A stretch of DNA of 64,000 nt from an uncultured Chloroflexia bacterium (GTDB taxonomy: Bacteria; Chloroflexota; Limnocylindria; Limnocylindrales; CSP1-4): assembly GCA_963743795.1 (NCBI GenBank), contig CAVUQZ010000004.1:237992-301991 (forward strand), given 5' to 3'. Position 1 is the first letter of the stretch, and each line of letters opens with the position of its first letter. Both the position numbers and the translations under genes were made by a program. Of the stretch, positions 51,758 to 59,800 are shown in pieces. A model generated the notes under the pieces. It saw only the letters and a list, made by a program, of their open reading frames with translations, was not told the DNA's origin and did not search any database.

Positions 51758-53583
51758 ATGGCCATCTACTATTTGGACGTGGACGACGAGATCACCTCGG
51801 CGGCTGCCAGAATCGGGATTCCTCCGATAACCGGATCGCCCTCGTTCTATCGGGTGGCTCGCGCGTGGCCACCTCACGGATCAACTTCCGCTTGCTCGTC
51901 GGCGAGGCCAAGAAGCGCAACAAGCGGCTGGCGATCGTAGCCGCGGATGAGTCGGTTCGATCGGTGGCGAGATCCGCAGGACTACCGGTCTTCGCCACGG
52001 TAGGGGAGTACGAGAAGGAGGAGACCGCCCGGGCGAATGGAGGGGCGGGAGCGGCGACCGCCGGCGCAGCCTCCACCGCACTCGATGAGACGGCGATGGC
52101 CGCAGGGCCGCGTGGTTCAGCCGTACGCGTGGTGGCCGGTTCGGACGGGTTGGCCGCCTCCGGGAGACGAGGCCGATCTGGGTGGATGCGTCCCGTCGGG
52201 CCTCGCGGGATGCCGTTCTCCGTGCTCGTCGGACTTCTGGCGGTCGCCGTCCTCGCCGTCGGGCTCGGTGCTTTCTTCTTCTACCCGAGCGCTAGCGTGG
52301 TTCTGACGTTGCACGAAGAGCCCGTCGGTCCGCTGAACCTGGACGTGACGGTGGATCCCAACGCCTCCACGGCCAACGACCAGGCGGCGGTCGTGCCGGG
52401 CCTGAACAAGGCGTTTCCGGTCGCCACATCGGGATCCTTCGAGGCCACAGGCGAGAACGTCGTCGATACGGCAGCCACAGGAACGGTGACGTTCAGCAGC
52501 GAGAACACATTCGTGAGTGTGCCGATACTTGCCGGGACCACGGTCACGACTGCCGGAGGCATCGCCTTCGTGACTACTTCAACGGTGACCGTCCCCAAGG
52601 CGGTCTTCTCGACCGGCACGCGGGGCACCGCTGACGCGCCCGTCGTCGCCGTGGTCAAGGGCACGGCGGGGAACGTCCCTGCGGGGGCCATCGTGAAAGT
52701 TCCAGCGGACCTCGCCGCAAGCCTGAGCTCGCCGGCCCGCCCCGTGACCAACAAGAGCGCCACGACCGGTGGTACGCACACCGTCACGCCGATGATCGTG
52801 CAGGCCGACCTCGACAAGGCCGAGACCGACCTGACCTCCCAGTTGAGCTCCGAGTTTCAGTCAGCGCTGACGGCGCCCGACGCGGTCCCGTCGGGTTCGA
52901 ACCTGCTGTCGGTCTCGGCTCGTCTTGGCGTCACGGTCTTCGATCCCGATCCTCAGACCCTTCTGAACCAGTCGGCCGGTTCGTTCCAGCTCAATGCCAG
53001 CGCCACCGGCACGGCCGTGGTGGCGCAGATGGCGAACGTCCGGCAGCTCGCCGAAAGACGCGTCCGGAGCGCGGTCAAGAGCGGCTACAGCCTCGTCAGC
53101 GGGTCTATGACGACACAGTCGGGCACGCCTGCCGTCCAGGCGGGGGCGGTCGTCATCCCGGTCACCGTTAGAGCCAGCCAGACGCGCGTCCTCGACGCCG
53201 CCAAGCTGCGGGCAGCGATCCAGGGTATGGCGGTCGACGAGGCGCGGACGTACCTGAAGCAGTACGGTGAGGTCGACATCTCCGTCTCGCCGGGATGGGC
53301 TTCGACGATGCCGAGCTTCGACTTCCGAATAGACGTGCAGCTTGTCGCGGCCAGTCCACCGCCGACGGTCCACCCAGCGCCCAGCGCAACCGCTGAGTCG
53401 TCGACACCCGCACCGACCGCTCCCGCCACGGTCCGCGAGAGCCCCTCCCCGACGCCTTCGGCGGCAACGACGCCATCGCCTTCGGTGCCAGTGAGTCCGC
53501 CACCGTCCACTGGCTCGCCTTCACCCTCGGCCACGGCAACGGCCACAACGGGCGGGCCGTCACCCAGTCCGTCGGCGACGTGA
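51758..53583 (+). pseudogene. Large bitopic membrane protein partnered with the FtsA-like gene; one -1 frame shift near 51812-51815 (possibly an assembly indel)
   Basis: MAIYYLDVDDEITSAAARI (frame 2) continues as RDSSDNRIALVLSGGSRVATSRINFRLLVGEAKK... (frame 1). TM FSVLVGLLAVAVLAVGLGAFFFY and a Thr/Val-rich ectodomain with GTAGNVPAGAIV. Pro/Ser/Thr tail. The stop overlaps the ruvX GTG. Confidence 0.75.
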
Positions 53584-54080
53584 CGGAAAGGAACCGAGAC
53601 GGCGGCGCGGGCAAACCTCGTCGGGTCCTCGGCATCGATCTCGGTGAACGGCGGATCGGCGTGGCAGTGGCGGATCTGGAAAGCCGCGTCGCCACTCCGC
53701 TTGTCACGCTGGCTCGAGCGAAGACCATCGAGGAGGACACGCGCGTCATATCGCGGCTGGCGTCGGAGCACCGAGCCGGCGGTCTGGTCGTAGGATTGCC
53801 ACTCGACATGAATGGCGACGAAGGCATTCAAGCATCCCGGACGCGTGATTGGGCCGTTGCCGTAGCTGAGGCAACGGGTCTTGCGCTCCGCTTTCGGGAC
53901 GAACGTCTCTCGAGCGTGCGAGCCGTGAGTCGCGTTGGGCTGCCTGCCCGGGGGCGCTCCGGAGGACCGCCGACGGCAGCGCAGCGGGACGCCCACCGTG
54001 CGAGGATCGACAGGGAAGCAGCGGCCTTGATCCTCCAGGACGAGCTGGACGCAGCCGCCGCCAAGAGCGAGAGCTGGTAG
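53580..54080 (+). CDS. ruvX: YqgF-family putative Holliday junction resolvase / pre-16S rRNA nuclease RuvX
   Basis: RVLGIDLGERRIGVAVAD...GLVVGLPLDMNGDEG...RFRDERLSS. Confidence 0.92.
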   Translation: MTERNRDGGAGKPRRVLGIDLGERRIGVAVADLESRVATPLVTLARAKTIEEDTRVISRLASEHRAGGLVVGLPLDMNGDEGIQASRTRDWAVAVAEATGLALRFRDERLSSVRAVSRVGLPARGRSGGPPTAAQRDAHRARIDREAAALILQDELDAAAAKSESW

Positions 54081-54084
54081 GCCG

Positions 54085-55518
54085 ATGACGGTTCGCAACG
54101 GGGGAGGGCCGAGATCGGGGGGGCGCGGGGGCTCAGAGGCGGACCAGGCCCGGCGACCCGTGGTCGACATGGGCTGGGACGATTTCGCCCCGCCGGCGGG
54201 AGACGAGGGCCCGCAGAGCCGGCGCCAGGCTACTCCCGACATCAGGCGTGACTATCGCTCGGGTCGATGGCGGGGGCCCGGCCACATTATCCGGTTCGCA
54301 ATCTTCGCTCTCCTGCTGGGGGGACTGGTCACCGGAGGGCTGTACTACGTGGTCCGGCCCGTTGTGGTCGGAGGCATCGTCGACTGGGCGGCCGAGAACC
54401 CTACGGCGCTTTCCTTGCCGTTCGTCGCGGACGTCGTACGTACCGAGCTCGGCTCAGGGTTGACAAAGCCAGTCGATGCCCGTGATCAGAGCGCCATCGT
54501 CATCGTCATTGGCCCCGGTGAAACCCCCAGGGAGATCGCCGATCAGCTGGTTGGTGCCGGCGCGATAGCCGACCCCAGGGCTTTCGTCTTCCAGGCCATC
54601 GAAAGGAACGTAGCGTCCAATTTCCAGATCGGCCGGCATGTCGTCAGCAAGTCGTTGACGGTCGACCAGATGATCTCGCTCCTGATTCAGCCACCGGTCG
54701 CTCCGCCGACGGTGCGCCTCACGTTTCGCGAGGGCCTGCGAATCGAGCAGATGGTGGCCAAGCTCGAGTACCTGGAGACGAACCCGGTCGACCCAACCGC
54801 CCCGCTCCAGATGAACGTCGCCCAGTTCTACCAGCTTGCCGTGAGCCCGCCGCCCGAGTTGCTGGCGAGCTACCCATGGCTGAAGCTGCCCGAGGGAGCC
54901 TCGCTGGAAGGGTTCCTCTTCCCGGCGACCTACAACGTTGCCCCGGACACGACGCCGATCCAGCTGCTGGGCATGCTGCTCGACGCGTTCGCCAATCATG
55001 CCCCCCCGGCCCTGCTGCAACTGCCGCCCGATCAGATCTACCAGAAGGTGCAGGTCGCGGCTCTGGTCGAGAGTGAGGCAAAGGTCGACTCAGACCGGGC
55101 TCTCATTGCCGGGGTCTACATCAACCGGCTGAACCCAAAGGTCTGGCCGACGGGCCTGCTCAACGCAAACCCAACACTGAACTACGCCAACGACTCGGTC
55201 TGGCTGCAGGACCCGGCCCACCCGATCGCCTCCTGGGTGGACTACACGTTCTGGACTTCCATCAAAGCGCCCGGCGCGCTGAGCAAGGTGGTCTTTCCCG
55301 GGAAGCTTGCTGCGTACAACACGTACAGCCACGCAGGTCTCCCGCCCGGGCCGATCTGCTCACCCAGCGCCCCTTCGCTTGTGGCGGCCATGACTCCGGA
55401 CACGGCGGACGGCTATCTGTACTTCCTGGCCAAGAACGACGGCAGCGGTACACACGCTTTCGCCAAGACACAGGCCGAACAGGACGCCAACGCGAAGAAG
55501 TACGGCTACACGCAGTAG
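54085..55518 (+). CDS. mltG: Endolytic murein transglycosylase MltG (YceG family)
   Basis: N-terminal TM, then YceG core (LEGFLFPATY..., VALVESEAK, GVYINRL, YNTYSHAGLPPGPICSPS, YLYFLAKNDGSGTHAFAKT). Confidence 0.94.
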   Translation: MTVRNGGGPRSGGRGGSEADQARRPVVDMGWDDFAPPAGDEGPQSRRQATPDIRRDYRSGRWRGPGHIIRFAIFALLLGGLVTGGLYYVVRPVVVGGIVDWAAENPTALSLPFVADVVRTELGSGLTKPVDARDQSAIVIVIGPGETPREIADQLVGAGAIADPRAFVFQAIERNVASNFQIGRHVVSKSLTVDQMISLLIQPPVAPPTVRLTFREGLRIEQMVAKLEYLETNPVDPTAPLQMNVAQFYQLAVSPPPELLASYPWLKLPEGASLEGFLFPATYNVAPDTTPIQLLGMLLDAFANHAPPALLQLPPDQIYQKVQVAALVESEAKVDSDRALIAGVYINRLNPKVWPTGLLNANPTLNYANDSVWLQDPAHPIASWVDYTFWTSIKAPGALSKVVFPGKLAAYNTYSHAGLPPGPICSPSAPSLVAAMTPDTADGYLYFLAKNDGSGTHAFAKTQAEQDANAKKYGYTQ

Positions 55519-55568
55519 GGCGGCGTCTTCCGGGTGGCCAGGGGGATGGCGTCCCCGGGACGCCTCGC

Positions 55569-55574
55569 TACCAT
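55569..55574 (+). promoter_or_regulatory. -10-like TACCAT 6 nt upstream of the pepP ATG (leaderless-type promoter candidate)
   Basis: Motif and spacing read from the sequence. Confidence 0.3.
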
Positions 55575-55580
55575 GAGGCC

Positions 55581-56810
55581 ATGACGAAACTCGTGCGAGC
55601 CCTGCCCCATCCGGCCGACTTTCCAGCTCCACCGAGCCCGGCGGATCGGGCCCGCTGGACGGAGGCAGACGCGTCGGCGCGGCCGGTCCGGCTGGCTCGC
55701 CTGAGGGCGAGGCTGCAGCAACTCGGCATCGACGCGTACTTCGGCCTCAGGCCCGAGCACATGCGGTACCTGACTGGCTTCACGCTCGACGACGGCGAGG
55801 ATCGGCTGGCGGGCAACTCCGGGCGGTTCCTCATCTCCGGCGATGAGGTCGTCGTGCTGGCCGACAGCCGGTATCGGCTCCAGGCGGAAGCACAGGCACC
55901 GGAAGCGCGGGTTCGGGCCGTGACCTACGAGCTCGCGGCCGACTGGCCGGCCCTGATCCAGAGCGTCGGCGCGAGGCGCGTCGCCGCCGAAGGGGCGGTG
56001 ATGAGCCACCAGCTCTGGCAGCAACTCGAGCGTGCGGCCCCGGACGTAGAACTGGTCGAGGTCGCCGGCTGGATAGAAGGCGATCGAGCGGTGAAGGAGC
56101 CGTCTGAGACGGAAAGGATTCGGGCGGCCTGCGCGATCTCTGACCGAGCCCTCGCATCGATCCTGCGACGAATCAAGCCCGGGCAGACGGAGCGCGAGCT
56201 CGCGCTGGCACTCGAGTGGGAGATACGCACAGGTGGAGCGGACGCCCTTGCTTTTGGGGTCGCGTGCCTGGCTGGACCCGACGCGGCCTTGCCGCACGGG
56301 TCGCCCTCCGACCGAGAGGTCAGACTGGGACAGGTGCTCCTGTTCGACTTCGGGGCGATGGTCGACGGCTACAGGAGCGACATGACCCGAACCCTGTTCG
56401 TCGGCGAGCCGGATCCTCTTGCCGGGCGGATCTACGACGTCGTGGCCGCGGCGCAACAGGCCGCGATCGACATGCTCGCCGCTGCGGTCAACGGCGCAGC
56501 GCCAGCGCCGGGGGGCCGCGAGGTCGACGCCGCGGCCCGCCTGGTCATCGAGAATGCCGGCCACGGCGACCATTTCGGCCACGGAACCGGCCACGGCATC
56601 GGCCTGGCCACTCACGAGCTGCCTTCGTTGAATCGAGCGGCCGGCGACGACCCGCTGCCCGGGCCAACAGTCTTCAGCGTCGAGCCCGGTATCTACCTCG
56701 ACGGCGAAACCGGGGTCAGGATCGAGGACCTGGTCCTCTTCGATCCGACTGCAGGCCGGCTGGATCTGTTGACGGGCTTCCCTCGCGAGGCGCTGGTCGT
56801 CGGAGTCTGA
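55581..56810 (+). CDS. pepP: M24-family Xaa-Pro aminopeptidase
   Basis: Creatinase-like N domain. Metal ligands in LLFDFGAMVDGYRSDMTRT, HGTGHGIGLATHE, SVEPGIY, RIEDLV. Confidence 0.93.
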   Translation: MTKLVRALPHPADFPAPPSPADRARWTEADASARPVRLARLRARLQQLGIDAYFGLRPEHMRYLTGFTLDDGEDRLAGNSGRFLISGDEVVVLADSRYRLQAEAQAPEARVRAVTYELAADWPALIQSVGARRVAAEGAVMSHQLWQQLERAAPDVELVEVAGWIEGDRAVKEPSETERIRAACAISDRALASILRRIKPGQTERELALALEWEIRTGGADALAFGVACLAGPDAALPHGSPSDREVRLGQVLLFDFGAMVDGYRSDMTRTLFVGEPDPLAGRIYDVVAAAQQAAIDMLAAAVNGAAPAPGGREVDAAARLVIENAGHGDHFGHGTGHGIGLATHELPSLNRAAGDDPLPGPTVFSVEPGIYLDGETGVRIEDLVLFDPTAGRLDLLTGFPREALVVGV

Positions 56811-56954
56811 CCTTTGTCGAGCGGTTGCCACCGCGGCGTGGCCGCCATGCACCCTCTCCGCCAATCGTCCGGCCGGCCGGCTCGGCTACAATCGGGGTTG
56901 GAGCGGACCGTTCGCTGAACTTCCTGCCGCCAGCTTCAGGAGTCCCCTGCGACC

Positions 56955-57512
56955 ATGATCTCTACAAGCGACCTGCACAAAGGCGTGGTCATCGAAGTCG
57001 ATGGCGACCTCTGGCAGATCCTCGACTACCACCATCTGAAGATCGGGCGAGGCTCGGCTCAAGTCCGCATCAAGCTCCGCAACGTCAAGCGGGGCCAGAC
57101 GGTCGAGCGGTCGTTCCAGGCCGGCGATAGGTGGCCGCGCGTTCAGCTGGAGCATCGCCAGATCCAGTTCCTTTACCGCGACGGCGGCGATTTCCATTTC
57201 ATGGAGACCGAGAGCTACGAGCAGTTCAGCCTGACCGCCGAACAGCTGGACGACGTCGTCAACTATCTCAAGGACAGCATGCTTCTCGATCGGACCAGCT
57301 ACGAGGGGGAGACGATAGGCGTGGAGCTGCCGGTAACCGTGGACCTGAAGGTCGTCGAAACCGAGCCTGGCTTCGCCGGCGACACGCAGACCGGAGCCCG
57401 CAAGGCGGCCAGGCTCGAGACGGGTCTCAGCATCCAGGTCCCGATCTTCGTGAACGAAGGCGACACCGTTCGGGTGGACACGCGGACCGGCGAGTACCAG
57501 ACGCGTCTCTGA
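56955..57512 (+). CDS. efp: Elongation factor P (Arg at the beta3-beta4 loop tip, R32)
   Basis: MISTSDLHKGVVIEVDGDLWQILDYHHLKIGRGSAQVRIKLRNV...; three OB/KOW-like domains. AGGAG SD. Confidence 0.96.
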   Translation: MISTSDLHKGVVIEVDGDLWQILDYHHLKIGRGSAQVRIKLRNVKRGQTVERSFQAGDRWPRVQLEHRQIQFLYRDGGDFHFMETESYEQFSLTAEQLDDVVNYLKDSMLLDRTSYEGETIGVELPVTVDLKVVETEPGFAGDTQTGARKAARLETGLSIQVPIFVNEGDTVRVDTRTGEYQTRL

Positions 57513-57784
57513 TCGGGCCAGTGCAATGACGGGCCCACCAGCGCAGAGGAGCGGCGGTTGAGTCGCGGCGATCCGCCCGAGAGCGACCGGTTGTGGGACG
57601 ATCTGCCCCCCGTCGATGCTGAGTCCCGCCGCGGGCGGCGCACCGACCCGCCCGACTGGGCGCTTCCAGCCTGGGACGCTATTGTCGATCCCCCAGGGCC
57701 GGCCGAAACGCGAGTGGAGGCGTCGCGGGCGTCCTTCCACCAGAGCCGACCGGCGACCCGTCGGCAAGTCCGGCGCGAGCCGCG

Positions 57785-57798
57785 TCGGCCTTCGGCCT
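57785..57798. repeat. Perfect 7-bp tandem duplication TCGGCCT TCGGCCT at the 5' end of xseA
   Basis: Read directly from the sequence. Deleting one copy fuses the ATG-57616 ORF (frame 1) in frame to the xseA core. Confidence 0.9.
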
Positions 57799-57802
57799 TC
57801 GT

Positions 57803-59110
57803 ATCCTTGAGGTCAGCGAGGTCACTCGGGCGGTTCGAGAAGCGGTCCGGGCTGAGCCGGCCCTTCGGGACCTCTGGGTCGAAGGGGAGGTCGGCAGGGT
57901 CACTGTCTCGTCGGCCGGGCACTGCTACTTCACGCTGAAGGACGAGCGCAGCCAGCTGGCGTGCGTGTTCTTCCGCGACGATCGGCTGGCCTCACCGTTC
58001 GAGGCCCGGACCGGGTTGCGCGTTGTCGTCCACGGCCGCATCGACGTCTTCGAGTCCCAGGGCCTGTATCAGCTGTACGTCTCGAGCGTTCAGCCGGCCG
58101 GCTTCGGCGACCTCGCCTTGCGCTTCGAAGCGCTCAAAGCCAAGCTTGCGGCCGAGGGGCTCTTCGACTCGGCTCGAAAACGGCCACTTCCCTCTCGGCC
58201 GGCTGTGGTCGGGGTGGTGACCAGCGCCAGCGGCGCCGTCTGGCATGACATCTGCCAGGTCATAGGCCGGCGCTGGCCGCAGGCTCGATTGGTCCTCTCC
58301 TCGTGTCAGGTCCAGGGCGAAGGAGCCGCCGCGAGCGTCGTCGCCGCCCTGGATCGCCTGGCCCGCTGGGGCGAGGGGTTGCGCGCGCAGGGCAGGAATC
58401 TGGAGGCCCCGGCGGTCGTGATCCTCGCCCGCGGCGGCGGTTCTCTCGAGGACCTGTGGTCGTTCAACGACGAGAGGGTGGTAAGGGCCGTCGTCGCTCA
58501 CCCGGTGCCGGTCGTGTGCGGCGTCGGTCACGAAGTGGACGTGACCCTCGCGGACTTCGCCGCGGACGTCCGAGCACCCACTCCCTCGGCCGCGGCCGAG
58601 CTGGTCGTCCCGGACCGAGCAGATGTAGAGGCAGGGGTGGCCGAACTCGAGCGGCGTTGCCGGGTCCGGGTTCTGGCGGCGCTGGGGTGGTCGCGCAACG
58701 AGCTGGCTGCTGAGAGCCGCGCCCTGGACCGACTCAGACCTGGCGCCCAGCTGGCCCAAGCGCGCGAGCGCGCCGGCCACATGCTGGATCGTGCCACGCG
58801 AGCGATCCGCAACGAGATGGCTCGCCGGCGGTCAAGAGAGGCCGCGATTCTTGCCCGGCTTGCCCCGGTCGCCGAGGCCGGGCTGGCCGCGGCGCGAGCT
58901 GCGGTCGGGCGCAGCGCCGCCTCCCTGCAGGCTCTTGGACCGCAGGCAACGCTGGATCGTGGCTATGCCATCGTCCGCCGCGATGCGGATGGTCGGGTTG
59001 TCCGGGATGCGGCGGAGGCGCCGGCCGGAACCGGGCTGTCGATCAGGGTCGCCCGCGGCAGGGTGGCGGCGCGCGTAGTGGATGGTCCACCGCCTGGAGA
59101 CCCGGCTTGA
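57803..59110 (+). CDS. xseA: Exodeoxyribonuclease VII large subunit; 5' end unresolved (no canonical start codon in frame between 57623 and 57965)
   Basis: Homology starts at ILEVSEVTRAVREAVRAEPALRDLWVEGEVGRVTVSSAGHCYFTLKDERSQLACVFF (OB-fold). It continues through VGVVTSASGAVWHD, RGGGSLEDLWSFNDE and GVGHEVD. The ORF track only picks GTG 57965. Confidence 0.88.
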   Translation: MLEVSEVTRAVREAVRAEPALRDLWVEGEVGRVTVSSAGHCYFTLKDERSQLACVFFRDDRLASPFEARTGLRVVVHGRIDVFESQGLYQLYVSSVQPAGFGDLALRFEALKAKLAAEGLFDSARKRPLPSRPAVVGVVTSASGAVWHDICQVIGRRWPQARLVLSSCQVQGEGAAASVVAALDRLARWGEGLRAQGRNLEAPAVVILARGGGSLEDLWSFNDERVVRAVVAHPVPVVCGVGHEVDVTLADFAADVRAPTPSAAAELVVPDRADVEAGVAELERRCRVRVLAALGWSRNELAAESRALDRLRPGAQLAQARERAGHMLDRATRAIRNEMARRRSREAAILARLAPVAEAGLAAARAAVGRSAASLQALGPQATLDRGYAIVRRDADGRVVRDAAEAPAGTGLSIRVARGRVAARVVDGPPPGDPA

Positions 59111-59370
59111 TGGATCTTGCTGTCCGGGCAGTCGTCCTCCTGGCGATAGCCGCTTTCGCGTTCGGGTTGTCGGTCCGACTCGGTATCCTCATCGGCAGAC
59201 GCCTGGACGGCGCCCTCGAGGGAGGACCTCGTCCTGCCGATCCAGAGCCGGAAGGTGCGACGATGGAAGCGGACCCGGGAAACCAGGTCGATCTGCCGGG
59301 CAGCCCGGTCCATGGCGGTCTGTATGCACGCACGTCGGCACGGCCGGCCAGGAGGACTCGCGGTGAGTGA
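59110..59370 (+). CDS. Small hypothetical membrane protein wedged between xseA and xseB
   Basis: The ATG overlaps the xseA stop (TGATG). The stop TGA at 59368-59370 overlaps the xseB GTG region. N-terminal TM LAVRAVVLLAIAAFAFGLSV, with the rest disordered-looking. Confidence 0.4.
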   Translation: MDLAVRAVVLLAIAAFAFGLSVRLGILIGRRLDGALEGGPRPADPEPEGATMEADPGNQVDLPGSPVHGGLYARTSARPARRTRGE

Positions 59371-59641
59371 CCAACCGGCGCCAGAGGCGATCACCGATAT
59401 CGCCTCGCTTTCATTCGACGACGCCCTCGCGGAGCTGCAGCGGACCGTCACCGAGCTCGAGCAAGGCGGCCTGCCGCTGGAACGTTCCCTCGCTCTCTAC
59501 GAGCGGGGCGTCGCTCTTCACGAACGGTGTGCCGCGCTGCTGGGCGAGGCCGAGCTCCGCGTCCAGCGACTGCTGGAACGATCTTCGGGGGCCCTGGAGG
59601 TCGCCGAGGCGCGCGCTGGTGAGGCAATGGACCAGGACTAG
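59363..59641 (+). CDS. xseB: Exodeoxyribonuclease VII small subunit
   Basis: AGGAGGA lies 6 nt upstream of GTG 59363. LSFDDALAELQRTVTELEQGGLPLERSLALYERGVALHERCAALL is typical of XseB. Confidence 0.9.
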   Translation: MSDQPAPEAITDIASLSFDDALAELQRTVTELEQGGLPLERSLALYERGVALHERCAALLGEAELRVQRLLERSSGALEVAEARAGEAMDQD

Positions 59642-59800
59642 GCCGTCACGGTGCGCCTCTCGGAGCCGTCGGCTACTCCCCGGGCGTTGCCGGGCAAGAG
59701 CGGTAGACTGCCGCCAGACAACCGAGGCGTCAAGTCGCTCCCGAAGAGAGACGCCTCAGAAGCGGTGCGGACTGGGGATCCGTCCAGGAGCAGATGCAAG

